NCBI RefSeq assembly: GCF_033447105.1
Contig: NZ_JAWQUN010000002.1
Location: 416,856 to 480,855, forward strand
Length of the DNA stretch: 64,000 bases
Direction of reading: 5' to 3'
Source: Formosa sp. PL04
GTDB taxonomy: Bacteria; Bacteroidota; Bacteroidia; Flavobacteriales; Flavobacteriaceae
Position numbers and translations under genes: made by a program. The notes under the pieces are model-generated. The model saw only the letters and a list, made by a program, of their open reading frames with translations, was not told the origin of the DNA and did no database searches. Positions 40,815-54,206 of this stretch are shown here, piece after piece; positions within the stretch are counted from its first letter, which is position 1, and every line of letters begins with the position of its first letter.

Positions 40815-41447
40815 TTCACATGTTTTAATTTAAATACATACACTAATTGCCATATTTGTTCTGATATATCCTCCTTTTTCATTTCAGGTCGTTTTAAAAA
40901 AAATAGATTGCCAATTAAGAGATTCAAACAATTAACCAAAACAAACTAAAAAAGCAACTAACAATAGAAATGAACTAATTTTAATGGCTGTTTTTTTAGA
41001 CATGGTTTATTTTATAAAATGGAGCTTAAGACTAATGTATCTATTCAAAGGTAATTCAACACATGAAGTAATTATTATACTATTTTATCATTAATGCACT
41101 AATTTTAATACATCTGCCCTGTTTGTTTTGAAATACAGCCTTTTTTAGCTTTAAAAAAAGGAATGTACACATACTAATAATCACTATTGAATATGGACAC
41201 TTAATAAGGAATGTAAAAAACCTCTGAAATTAACTCATTAAGCGTATTCGATACAGGTAGGAAACAACTACACTTTAACAGCATATTTACACGAATCATT
41301 TAAATCAATTTCATAAAACAACCGCTGTTAAAAACCTTAATCTCAGTTTTTGTATTGACCAAATGTCATCAAAATAAACAACAGGCACTTAAACTAAAAA
41401 ACAACCAAAATAATATTGAGTGTTTTAAAATTCTAAAAAACACTTAT

Positions 41448-44400
41448 CTAATTAACCTTTATAAACTGTAAGAAATCATCATTTTTAACAGCAATGATAT
41501 AATCTTCATTTTTAATTTTAATTTCCCCTAAATCTTTTACATCTCCAGTGGCATAAAAACCACTTTTTGCTGGAGGAATTGGGTTAAATGTTCCGTTTCC
41601 ATTTCCTTCAAAATAATAACCAAAACCGCCATCGTTTCTTGGGGTTTCAATCTCTGAAACATATAAATTTCCCGCAATTACAAAATCTAATTTTTCATCA
41701 TTGTTAAAATCTTCTACCACAATTTGATTGATACTTGACAATTGTGCTTCAATTGGTAATTGATGAATTACAAACTCAGTTTCTTTATTTTCTAAATAAA
41801 TACTCGCAAATGATTTCACTTGATAATGCAGTGCATTCTCTAACTTTTCTTTAGAATAAACATCTACCAAAGTTGCTTCAGAAAAGCTGTCGTAGTTTTT
41901 AAACTTCGATTTAATACTTGGTATTTGTTGGGAAGAACATGAGCGACCTCTTACCGGAAATTGTTTACCTTCATTGTAATAACTCAACACTATATCACTT
42001 TGATTATTTTGGTCGAAATCATTTACATAAATATCAAAAGTTTCACTATCATTTGCCTGATACTTGTAATTTAAACCGTTGTTTCCAACAATATAATCCA
42101 TGTCTCCATCATTGTCAAAATCACCTTCCTTGATGCTCCACCACCATCCGGCAGTTGCATCGGTTAAACCCAATTCTTCTGATGTATTTTGAAAACCATT
42201 TTCTGTATTTTTAAAAACTTTTATAGGCATCCATTCTCCAACAATAATAATATCTAAACGCTCATCATTATTATAATCGGTGATTACAGCACTTGTAGCC
42301 ATTCCTAAATTGAAAAATTCTTTTGCTAATTTTTCAGTAGCATCTTCAAATTTGACTTCGTTTTTGCTGCTTTTATTCAACAATAAATAAGTGTTTGCTG
42401 GCGACGGATATTTTCCTGGAACTTGACGTCCTAAAACCAATACATCTTGTTTTCCATCGTTATCAAAATCGGCATGGCATACTTTTGAGCCACTTGTTTT
42501 CATCACTGGCAATGCATTCTCTGCCTTTGTAAATTGTCCTTTTCCGTTGTTTAAATACAAGCGATCTTGTAACATATCAGATTCTGGAGCAAACTCATAA
42601 CCTCCGCTTACCACATACAAATCGTTATCTCCATCATTGTCTGCATCAAAAATTAATGCGCCAATATCTTCACTGTATTTATCTGTTTTGAAAGCTTCCA
42701 TTTCTTGCAATTCAAAAGAAGTTGTTGTTTGAAAAAACAAACTTCCTAAATGATCAAAGGAACCACCTACATAAAAATCATCCAAACCATCATTATTTAA
42801 ATCTCCAACTGCTAAAACTGGTCCAAATTGCGACATCTTATGTGGCATTAAAACCTGCGTTAAAAAGTCATCATTCACGTTTTCAACATGTTTAAACACT
42901 GGTAATTCTTCATTTTCAGTAGTTTCAAATAACGTATTTGGCTTTTCTTCTAAAGTAGTTTCAGCTACAGCATTTGCTTGTTGCAATGTTAACAATTGAT
43001 TGATGGCTACATTTTGTAATTTTTCAACTTTTCCATCATTCCAAACAACTTTTAATTCATCTATATTTTCAGCTTTGTTTAAACCGAAATGTAATTGTGG
43101 TGCTACTGAAGATTGAAATCCACGAGACAAGGTTAATTCTTGTAGTTGAGTTTGACCTTCTGTAGTTACATACACTCTATTTCCTAAACCAAATTTATTA
43201 GCTGAAGTTCCTTCAAAATTAATGGTGATAAAATTGTTATTATCCGCATTTGTATTTTCGTAAACAGAAGCAACCTCATCCACATTATTGGTGATAATTT
43301 CTAAATCTCCATCATTATCTAAATCGGCATAAGCAACTCCATTAGAGAATCCTTCATGTTCAATTCCCCAAGCTTCATTTGCTTTTTCAAACGTAAGGTT
43401 TCCTTTATTTTTGAAAATAAAATTGTCTATTTTTTCAGAAGGAATGAGTAAGCTTTTTTCTAAATCAGATAAATTAGTGCCATCATTTTTAGAATAGGTA
43501 TTAAAAAAGTCTCGGTTATTTACCTCTCTTCTAATACCATTGGTAATGAATAAATCTTTATTTCCATCGTTGTCAAAATCAGCAAAAAGTGGTCCCCAAC
43601 TCCAATCGGTTGATGACGTTCCTGTTAATCTTGAAATGTTTGAAAACTGTGGAATGTCTTTTAAATAAACACCTGTATTTAACTGCATACAATTGTGCAT
43701 GTATTGGTAGTGAAATCCAGACAATACGGTTTCCCAAAACAATTGTGGATTCATACTTGCCATATTTGCTTTTTGTCGACGATTATTATTGGCATCCATA
43801 TCTGCCTGAAAAATATCTAAGTTTCCATCGTTATTAAAATCTGAAACATCTACACCCATGCCGTAGAACGCAGTTTGAGCTGTCGCTTCTTTAACGACTT
43901 CTTTAAACGTTCCATCTTGGTTATTGATGTAAAAATAATCTGGAATACTATAATCACTTGAAATGTAAATATCTTGCCAACCATCGTTATTTATATCTGC
44001 AGTGACTACTCCATATGAAAAACCATAACTTTTTACACCTGCTATTTCTGAAACATTTGTAAACGTATCGCCGTCATTCCGATATAATTTATCAGATTCT
44101 GCATCAGTAACTCGTAGCATTTTATTCTTATACTCAAAATTAGAACTGTTTACATTAGATTTTGGATAATTTGCCACATACAAATCTAAATCGCCATCAT
44201 TATCATAATCAAAAAAAGTTCCTTGTGTTGAATTTGCACTATCAGCCACACCGTATTCTTGTGCCTTTTCGGTGAAAGTACCGTCACCGTTATTTATGAA
44301 AAGTTGGTTTTCAGTGTTATCAAACATTCCTGAAACCGAACAATAAACATCTAAAAAACCATCACCATTTACATCGGCCATAGTAGTACCTGTGTACCAA

Positions 44401-44738
44401 CGGTCGTCTCCTCCAATGTTTGCTTTTTCAGTAATATCTTCAAATTGAAGATTTCCTTTATTTAAATATAATTTGTTTTGAACCATATTTCCTGTAAAAA
44501 AAATATCAATTAACCCATCGTTATTAATGTCTCCTACGGAAACGCCTCCACCTGAATATATGGATGTATAATTGAAATAATTTAAAGAATCGTTTTCAGT
44601 AATAGTATTACTGAAATCAATACCTGATGAAGCCGTTTTTAAGGCTATAAAATTTTTACTTTCAACCGGTTTAATTTCTTTTTGACAACTCACTAAAAAT
44701 ACGAGACCAACTAATAAAAAAATATTTTTTTGTATCAT
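41448..44738 (-). CDS. FG-GAP/VCBS-repeat beta-propeller lipoprotein with an ASPIC/UnbV-like C-terminus (CRTAC1-like)
   Basis: Lipobox LVFLVSCQ. At least 10 D-x-[ND]-x-DG-x-x-D repeats (DINNDGLIDIF, DVNGDGFLDVY, DYDNDGDLDLY ...). Confidence 0.75.
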   Translation of the reverse strand: MIQKNIFLLVGLVFLVSCQKEIKPVESKNFIALKTASSGIDFSNTITENDSLNYFNYTSIYSGGGVSVGDINNDGLIDIFFTGNMVQNKLYLNKGNLQFEDITEKANIGGDDRWYTGTTMADVNGDGFLDVYCSVSGMFDNTENQLFINNGDGTFTEKAQEYGVADSANSTQGTFFDYDNDGDLDLYVANYPKSNVNSSNFEYKNKMLRVTDAESDKLYRNDGDTFTNVSEIAGVKSYGFSYGVVTADINNDGWQDIYISSDYSIPDYFYINNQDGTFKEVVKEATAQTAFYGMGVDVSDFNNDGNLDIFQADMDANNNRRQKANMASMNPQLFWETVLSGFHYQYMHNCMQLNTGVYLKDIPQFSNISRLTGTSSTDWSWGPLFADFDNDGNKDLFITNGIRREVNNRDFFNTYSKNDGTNLSDLEKSLLIPSEKIDNFIFKNKGNLTFEKANEAWGIEHEGFSNGVAYADLDNDGDLEIITNNVDEVASVYENTNADNNNFITINFEGTSANKFGLGNRVYVTTEGQTQLQELTLSRGFQSSVAPQLHFGLNKAENIDELKVVWNDGKVEKLQNVAINQLLTLQQANAVAETTLEEKPNTLFETTENEELPVFKHVENVNDDFLTQVLMPHKMSQFGPVLAVGDLNNDGLDDFYVGGSFDHLGSLFFQTTTSFELQEMEAFKTDKYSEDIGALIFDADNDGDNDLYVVSGGYEFAPESDMLQDRLYLNNGKGQFTKAENALPVMKTSGSKVCHADFDNDGKQDVLVLGRQVPGKYPSPANTYLLLNKSSKNEVKFEDATEKLAKEFFNLGMATSAVITDYNNDERLDIIIVGEWMPIKVFKNTENGFQNTSEELGLTDATAGWWWSIKEGDFDNDGDMDYIVGNNGLNYKYQANDSETFDIYVNDFDQNNQSDIVLSYYNEGKQFPVRGRSCSSQQIPSIKSKFKNYDSFSEATLVDVYSKEKLENALHYQVKSFASIYLENKETEFVIHQLPIEAQLSSINQIVVEDFNNDEKLDFVIAGNLYVSEIETPRNDGGFGYYFEGNGNGTFNPIPPAKSGFYATGDVKDLGEIKIKNEDYIIAVKNDDFLQFIKVN

Positions 44739-44843
44739 AAAAATCTACTATTAAAAGTATAAAATTTGGTTATAGCTAAAAAGCAACGTGTTTTTAGTAC
44801 ACGTTGCTTTTAGGACTTAAAACATATTCAAATTTTCTAAATA

Positions 44844-46379
44844 TTAGTATCCTGGATTTTGATCTGCAGGTGTTAATGCGGCATTTAAATCAATCTCTGT
44901 AATAGGAATTGGGAATAAATCATTTTTAGATGAATATCCTGTTCCTGCTAACTCTGTAGACGCTTTTCCCCAACGAACTAAATCCCAAAAACGTGGACCT
45001 TCGTGCGCAAACTCTAAGAATTTATCATCCATTAAAGCGTCAAATAAAGCATCTCCAGTTACAGTATCGTCTAATAAGCTGATTTCTGCTCTTAACCTAA
45101 CTTTATTTAATTCAGTTCTTGCTTGATCATCAGCTCCTGTTTTGTTATACGCTTCTGCAGCTAAAAACATGACCTCTGCCAATCTAAACAATCTCCAATT
45201 TGAAGTATAGTTTAACTCCAAAATTCCAGCAGGACTAGTATCAGAAGTACGTGTTGCATATTTAATTCTAATAGCTCCTTCGTATCCATATATAGGTGTT
45301 GATTTGTTCACTGAACCACCTGCATCTATTAATTCTTGTTCCGTTAAAATAGTTGCTGATCTTCGCGTGCTTGGCCCCTCAGGTCCAGCAGCTTTAAATG
45401 CATTGATTACTTTTGTAGAAGGATAGTTGAATCCCCATCCGTTTATTAAGCCAACTGGAGTAATATCAAATTCTGTACGTGGCCCCATTAACTGAACGTG
45501 TAGGTTACTTTCCATTCTTCCTCCCCATTGCACATTACCCCAATCGTATCCATTGGTAGAAATGTATCCCATTTCAAATAATGATCCACTTCCAAATTCA
45601 CCTTCTACAGACCATACATCTTCCATAGTAGGAGCTAAATAATAGCTTGAATTTGAAAGCACTGGCTCTAAATATTGTAAAGCTTCTGTATAATTTTCTT
45701 CAAAAACTAATACTTTTCCCATTAAGGCTTGTGCTGTAGCAACCGAAACTCTAAAATTTTGAGCTACTGCCCCTCTTGTAGGCAACCCAGCTATTGCTTC
45801 TGTTAAATCTGCTTTTACTTGCGTATAAATTTCTGCTCTTGTACTTTTAGGAATTGCAAAAGCTTCAGAATTTAATTCTGTTGGGTTTATTAAACGTAAA
45901 GGTACATCTCCCCACATTGTTGTTAATTCAAAATAACACCAAGCTCTCATAAATTTAGCTTCAGCTAACACAAATTTCTTATTTGATAAGTCTCCTTTTT
46001 CTACATTTTCAATCACTGTATTTGCCAATGCAATTGTACGGTAATATAAATTCCAAACACTTGTAATTGCAGGGTTAGAAACTGAAATATCTGTATATTC
46101 ACTAATTTCAACTAACATAGGTTGATCTGTAGCAGAACTTCCTCCTGCAATAACATCATCTCCTGGTAACATTTTTACAAAATAGGCAGCTGTCCAATCT
46201 CTTGAATAGTTGTATTGCATTAGGTCATATATACCTATCAATGCTTGTTCAGTATTTGCTTCGTCTTCAAAAAAGGTTGAAGCATCTAACACTCCTACTG
46301 GAGGAATTTCTACAAAATCGTCACTACACGATACACTTATTAAAAGTATAATTATCGTACTATATATTAATTTTTTCAT
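44844..46379 (-). CDS. SusD/RagB-family lipoprotein
   Basis: Lipobox ISVSCSDDF. Ends in NPGY. Sits immediately downstream of SusC. Confidence 0.85.
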   Translation of the reverse strand: MKKLIYSTIIILLISVSCSDDFVEIPPVGVLDASTFFEDEANTEQALIGIYDLMQYNYSRDWTAAYFVKMLPGDDVIAGGSSATDQPMLVEISEYTDISVSNPAITSVWNLYYRTIALANTVIENVEKGDLSNKKFVLAEAKFMRAWCYFELTTMWGDVPLRLINPTELNSEAFAIPKSTRAEIYTQVKADLTEAIAGLPTRGAVAQNFRVSVATAQALMGKVLVFEENYTEALQYLEPVLSNSSYYLAPTMEDVWSVEGEFGSGSLFEMGYISTNGYDWGNVQWGGRMESNLHVQLMGPRTEFDITPVGLINGWGFNYPSTKVINAFKAAGPEGPSTRRSATILTEQELIDAGGSVNKSTPIYGYEGAIRIKYATRTSDTSPAGILELNYTSNWRLFRLAEVMFLAAEAYNKTGADDQARTELNKVRLRAEISLLDDTVTGDALFDALMDDKFLEFAHEGPRFWDLVRWGKASTELAGTGYSSKNDLFPIPITEIDLNAALTPADQNPGY

Positions 46380-46399
46380 ATTTATCTAAATGTTTTTTA

Positions 46400-49300
46400 T
46401 TAAAAATCTACTGACAATCCAAACATGATTTCTCTAGGGATTGGATAAAAACCTCTATCAACACCAACACTATTATCTTCGAAACTACCTGCTTCAGGAT
46501 CTAGACCTGAATATTTAGTAAACGTGAAGTAGTTATCCATAGATATATACAATCTTAAACGTTTAAGATGTGCTCGTTGTACTAACTCATTAGCAAAAGT
46601 ATATCCTAATTGTAATTGTTTAATTCTCATATAAGAACCATCTTCAACAACTAAGTCTGATTGGTAAGCATCAGCTACATAAGCAGCACCTGGCATAGAA
46701 GCTACATCTCCTGGCTGTGTCCATCTATTATCAAACCAACTCACCTCTTTGTTTGTTAAAGGACGTGAAGGTTGGTTGTAAGCTGCAATAATTTGATTTC
46801 CAGAAACGCCTTGAAACATTAAGTTGAAATCGAAATTTTTGTAAGCTAAAGCAATGTTTCCTCCGTAAATTAAATCTGGTTGAGGTGAACCAATGTACGT
46901 TTTATCATTTGAATTAATTTCGCCATTATCATCCGTATCTACAAATATTGGAGCTCCCGTTGCTGAATCGATACCCGCAGTCTCGTATCCATAAAAATAC
47001 CATACTGGGTAACCTTCTTCAAATCTTGTAATACCATCTCCATTTTGTGGGGATTCTGCTCCAATAAGTGGTGCAGGTACAATTACATCAGTAACTTCAT
47101 TTTTCAATGTAGAAATATTAAATCCTACAGCATAACTAAACCCACTATCCGTTTCATCATTCCATCCTGCTTCAAACTCTAAACCTTTATTGGATACTGT
47201 TCCACCATTAATTGCTCCTACTGTTTGCCCTAAAGAAGGTGGTGCCATAACGTTTCCATCAGGAAGAATTAAATCACGAGTAATTTTACTATACCAATCT
47301 GCTCCAAAGTTTAATCTACCGCCAAAAGCTCTTAAGTCAACACCAATATCTGTTTGTTCTGAACGTTCCCAAACTAAATTAGGATTCGCTAAATCTCCAG
47401 GAGTTACACCTGTAATTCCCTGATAAACAACAGGAGTCGAACCATCAACAGTTCTAAAAACTTGAATATCACCATTTCCTGCTAAGTTAGCATCTGAACC
47501 ATTTTGTCCCCAACTTGCACGTAATTTAAAGTAATCGACAGCGCCATCAGCATTCCAAAAATCTTCTTTTGAAATTACCCATCCTCCAGAAACTGCAGGA
47601 AAATAACCTCCTTTATTTTCTTTAGGGAATACACTTGAACTATCGTATCTTAATGATCCTTCAAATAAATATTTACCAGCATAATCATAAGAAATTCTTC
47701 CAAATGCTGAATTCATACTTTTTTGATAAATACTTCCTCCAATTTTATCATTATCTCTATTGGTATAGTCAAAATATGCAAACTCATCTGATTGATTTGC
47801 GACATCTCCTCCTTGTAAATAATACCAAGGTGCTTTAGTTTTCTCAGCAGAATAACCAACTATAGCAGAAAAATTATTTTCTCCAAAACTTTTTGTATAG
47901 TCGACAAAATTCTCCCACAACCATCTAGAATTTCTATTTACTGAATTGTTTAAAGAAACTTGTGTGTTTTGAGCTTCAGAACTCACATAATAAGCAGGAG
48001 TCCATCTATTGTCAAATGTATTTGATCTTTCGTAACCAAGTCTAGATGTAAAATTTAAACCTTCATACAGTTTTAATTTAGCATACACTGATAACAAAAA
48101 TTTATCGGTATCAATTCCACCTCTATATAAATAGTTTGAGGAACCTACAGGGTTCATAACCTCACCATCTGAATATGTTGGATAACCATAAACATTTCCG
48201 TAAGGATCAAGCATCGCTGTTCCATTTGCAACACCATCTTGTGCTCGTGGAGGTAACGCCCCTGTATACACTACTGGAGTTAATGGATCTATTAATATCA
48301 TATTATTAATAGGACTTCTATAAGAATCATCTTCCGCAATTGGAGAATTTCCAATATTAGTATAGGTCATATTAGCACCTACTTCTAACCATTCTTTCAC
48401 ATCACTTTTAACATTTAAACGTGTTGTATATCTTTTATATTTACTCTCATCTCCTACAGTACCATCTTGATCTATATAAGAACCTGATAAGTAATAAGAA
48501 AGCTTTTCAGTAGCTCCAGAAAAGCTAATATTATAACGTTGTACAAATGCATCATTAAATGTCTCGTCAATCCAATCCGTATCAACACCATTGTCTACAA
48601 CTTGAGATTGCCCAGCTTCATTCATATAGGTTACAAATTGACTAGCATTCATTAATTCCATTTTCGAATTAATAGACTGAGAACCTAAACTAGTACTAAA
48701 ACTAACTACTTGCTCTCCTATTTTACCCATTTTTGTAGTTACAATTACAACACCATTTGCACCTTCAGTACCATAAATAGCAGAAGAAGCGGCATCTTTT
48801 AATACTTCAATATTAGCAATATCACTAGGAGCAATATTATCCATTGAATTTACTTTCATTCCATCTACAATATATAATGGATCTGAACTACCGTTTGAAC
48901 CTGCACCTCTAATTCTAACTTTTGCACCTGAACCAGGAGCACCAGAAGAAGAAATTACGGTAACACCCGAAACTCTACCTTGTAGAATATTCTCTACACG
49001 TGGACTTTGAGATTGTTCAATTTGTTTAGTATCTAAACTACCAATAGCTCCTGTTACTAAACTTTTCTTTTTAACACCATAACCAATAACGATTACTTCA
49101 TCTAAAGCGTCTAATTCTTCAACCAATAACACATCAATTATTGATTTTCCTTTAACATTTACTTCACGTGAGCCGTACCCCACATAACTTACTACCAATA
49201 TAGCATCTTCCGCTATATTGTCTAAAGCATATTTACCATCAAAATCACTGGTAGTTCCATTCGAAGTGCCTTTAACAATAATACTTGCACCAGGCATAGG

Positions 49301-49405
49301 ACCATTCATGTCCGATACTGTTCCTGTTATATTTTGTGCGTATGCAGAGGAGCATAGTATAAATATACCAAGAAACAAAAAGTTCTTAAAAATTTGAATT
49401 TTCAT
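46400..49405 (-). CDS. SusC/RagA-family TonB-dependent receptor
   Basis: Signal peptide. N-terminal NITGTVSDMNGPMPGASIIVKG domain. 1001 aa. C-terminal strand LSVDF. Confidence 0.9.
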   Translation of the reverse strand: MKIQIFKNFLFLGIFILCSSAYAQNITGTVSDMNGPMPGASIIVKGTSNGTTSDFDGKYALDNIAEDAILVVSYVGYGSREVNVKGKSIIDVLLVEELDALDEVIVIGYGVKKKSLVTGAIGSLDTKQIEQSQSPRVENILQGRVSGVTVISSSGAPGSGAKVRIRGAGSNGSSDPLYIVDGMKVNSMDNIAPSDIANIEVLKDAASSAIYGTEGANGVVIVTTKMGKIGEQVVSFSTSLGSQSINSKMELMNASQFVTYMNEAGQSQVVDNGVDTDWIDETFNDAFVQRYNISFSGATEKLSYYLSGSYIDQDGTVGDESKYKRYTTRLNVKSDVKEWLEVGANMTYTNIGNSPIAEDDSYRSPINNMILIDPLTPVVYTGALPPRAQDGVANGTAMLDPYGNVYGYPTYSDGEVMNPVGSSNYLYRGGIDTDKFLLSVYAKLKLYEGLNFTSRLGYERSNTFDNRWTPAYYVSSEAQNTQVSLNNSVNRNSRWLWENFVDYTKSFGENNFSAIVGYSAEKTKAPWYYLQGGDVANQSDEFAYFDYTNRDNDKIGGSIYQKSMNSAFGRISYDYAGKYLFEGSLRYDSSSVFPKENKGGYFPAVSGGWVISKEDFWNADGAVDYFKLRASWGQNGSDANLAGNGDIQVFRTVDGSTPVVYQGITGVTPGDLANPNLVWERSEQTDIGVDLRAFGGRLNFGADWYSKITRDLILPDGNVMAPPSLGQTVGAINGGTVSNKGLEFEAGWNDETDSGFSYAVGFNISTLKNEVTDVIVPAPLIGAESPQNGDGITRFEEGYPVWYFYGYETAGIDSATGAPIFVDTDDNGEINSNDKTYIGSPQPDLIYGGNIALAYKNFDFNLMFQGVSGNQIIAAYNQPSRPLTNKEVSWFDNRWTQPGDVASMPGAAYVADAYQSDLVVEDGSYMRIKQLQLGYTFANELVQRAHLKRLRLYISMDNYFTFTKYSGLDPEAGSFEDNSVGVDRGFYPIPREIMFGLSVDF

Positions 49406-49521
49406 AGATATTTAGTTTAATTAATAATTAGTTTGCGCTAAACTCTGTTTTTTTCAGTAAGCTTCGCAATTCAATATTACTTATAATGTTAATTAATTGT
49501 TAATACAATTTCGTCATTTGT

Positions 49522-50442
49522 TTGTATTTTTTATCTAATTGTGTACCTTTCTACCTTATAATTCAGAATATGATACATAACGCTCATAGAGAAATTACAA
49601 GACTGATACCTGAAGACAGCTTTTTGGTAGAAGAACGTATAAAAGATGACTTTGATTTCCCGATACATTTTCATCCAGAATATGAATTAAACCTTATCTT
49701 CAAAGGAAAAGGAGTTCGTAGAATTATTGGAGATCATATAGATACTATTGATGAATTAGAACTGGTATTCGTCGGTTCAAACCTAGTACACGGGTGGGAA
49801 CTTCACGAGTGTACTTGTAAAGAAATTTATGAGATTACCACACATATTCATCAAGACTTATTGAATGAAAAAACCTTATCTCGAAGAATTTTTAAACCGA
49901 TAAAAGACATGTTTAATAGAGGTAAACATGGTATTTTATTTTCACGGGATACAACTATAAAAATGATGCCCCGCTTAATGGCATTAACTAGAATTTCTGG
50001 AATTAAATATTACTTAGAGTTTATCGCAATTTTAGATGATTTGGCAAAATCTGAAAACCAAATTATGCTTTCTAATTCAGCTTCCGAAAAAGAAGATTTT
50101 GACAATAGCGATAAAATTAAAAAGGTATACGAATACATTCAAAAGAATTTTGACAAAACAATTACTTTAAAGGAAATTTCAGGCTTGGTAAATATGAGCC
50201 CGGTGTCTTTCAATCGCTTTATTAAAAAACGAACTGGAAAAACATTTATCACTTATATTAATGATACGCGAATTAGTTTTGCTTCGCGTTGGTTATTAGA
50301 AACCGATTCAAGTATTGGTGAAATTGGCTTTAAATGTGGGTTTAACAATATTGCCAATTTTAACAGGTTATTTAAAAAATCTAAAAATTGTACCCCAAAG
50401 GAGTTTAGAGAACAATTTGTTGGGATTAAAAAAACATTATAA
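49522..50442 (+). CDS. AraC-family regulator with an N-terminal cupin-like sensor domain. The true start is probably ATG 49570 (MIHNAHREI).
   Basis: C-terminal HTH pair (TLKEISGLVNMSPVSFNRFIKKRTG...IGEIGFKCGFNNIANFNRLFKK). Divergent from SusC. Confidence 0.8.
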   Translation: MYFLSNCVPFYLIIQNMIHNAHREITRLIPEDSFLVEERIKDDFDFPIHFHPEYELNLIFKGKGVRRIIGDHIDTIDELELVFVGSNLVHGWELHECTCKEIYEITTHIHQDLLNEKTLSRRIFKPIKDMFNRGKHGILFSRDTTIKMMPRLMALTRISGIKYYLEFIAILDDLAKSENQIMLSNSASEKEDFDNSDKIKKVYEYIQKNFDKTITLKEISGLVNMSPVSFNRFIKKRTGKTFITYINDTRISFASRWLLETDSSIGEIGFKCGFNNIANFNRLFKKSKNCTPKEFREQFVGIKKTL

Positions 50443-50446
50443 ATTA

Positions 50447-50479
50447 AAAAAACTCTCAAAATAAATTTTGAGAGTTTTA
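50447..50479. terminator. Bidirectional hairpin terminator between convergent genes (aaaactctcaaaa..ttttgagagtttt)
   Basis: 12-bp inverted repeat flanked by A- and T-runs. Confidence 0.65.
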
Positions 50480-50505
50480 AACAAACTCTAACCAAACAAA
50501 AAACA

Positions 50506-52975
<2,470 letters not shown>

Positions 52976-53307
52976 AGTTCTATTAGTTTGGTCTATTTTC
53001 TTAAATATTTCTTGTATTGGTTAAAACAACACGTTCTAAAATTCAAATAAAATAGTCATTGGTTTATCAGTTAATTTCAGCAGAACATAAAAAGGATATG
53101 CTTCATTCCTCAAAAGTAATTCACCTCATCACTACATTTTGATACTATTTTGTCATATTCTAAAAGGAATTATTCTTTAAAAACACCTTGTGATAAAATC
53201 GTTTACTAAAATGTAATTATTGTATTAAGTAGTGGGTTCTTATACGTTTAAGTTTACATTCAGTAAAAAACCAGTTCTATATAAGGAGCTTTTTATTTTA
53301 ATTATTT

Positions 53308-54195
53308 ATGAAAAACTACCTGTTTATACTTATCGGTTTTTTGTGTATTCGATGTGGAAACTCATCGCACACCTCAACTAAAAAAAGTGTACTAAAAAAT
53401 GAAGTCTCTATTTCAAAAGACAGTTTAAATATTGACAGTCTTTTAGTAAAAAAAACTTTTAACGCTGCTAATGGATTACAATTGCCTTACCGATTTTTTA
53501 CGCCAACTAATACAGAACAAGACATTCCTTTGGTTATTTTTTTACACGGAAGAGGCGATCGCGGAACAGACAATGGTTCTAAAATATATCACGAAGCCGG
53601 TTTTATTGTAAATGATAACGGATTGCTTTCTGAAGCGATGCAACAAAAATATCCGTGTTATATTTTAGTTCCGCAATGTTCTGATAAAACTGAGAATGAA
53701 GAATGGGCCAAATGGATTGGAAACACACCAGAAACGCCTTTTGAAGGTTTAAGTGAAGGCGGCTCTTACCATATGAATGAAACACCTTCAGATTCTGGAG
53801 CGGCAACTTTAGAGTTGATTGGAGAAACCATTGCAACCTTGAATATTGACCCAGACAGGATTTATTTAGTAGGACTTTCTATGGGCGGATTTGGAACTTG
53901 GGAATTTACGGCTCGAAAACCAAATTTATTTGCTGCAGCAGTTCCAATGGCTGGATATTCTGACCCAAGTAAAATTGAAACCATTCAACATATTCCCTAT
54001 TGGATTTTCCACGGAGAAATTGATCAATGGAATCCCGTTGCTGGTTCTCGAAACATGTACACCTTATTAAATAACCAAAATGCAGATGTTACATATACCG
54101 AATATAAAAACACAGGACACGGAGATGCATTTAAAAAAGCATTCTCAGAACCCGAATTAATTCCGTGGCTATTTTCAAAAACGAAAACGAACTAA
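53308..54195 (+). CDS. Alpha/beta-hydrolase esterase (lipoprotein)
   Basis: Signal/lipobox LIGFLCIRCG. Nucleophile elbow GLSMGG. His in TGHGD. Confidence 0.65.
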   Translation: MKNYLFILIGFLCIRCGNSSHTSTKKSVLKNEVSISKDSLNIDSLLVKKTFNAANGLQLPYRFFTPTNTEQDIPLVIFLHGRGDRGTDNGSKIYHEAGFIVNDNGLLSEAMQQKYPCYILVPQCSDKTENEEWAKWIGNTPETPFEGLSEGGSYHMNETPSDSGAATLELIGETIATLNIDPDRIYLVGLSMGGFGTWEFTARKPNLFAAAVPMAGYSDPSKIETIQHIPYWIFHGEIDQWNPVAGSRNMYTLLNNQNADVTYTEYKNTGHGDAFKKAFSEPELIPWLFSKTKTN

Positions 54196-54206
54196 ACTAC
54201 CAAACC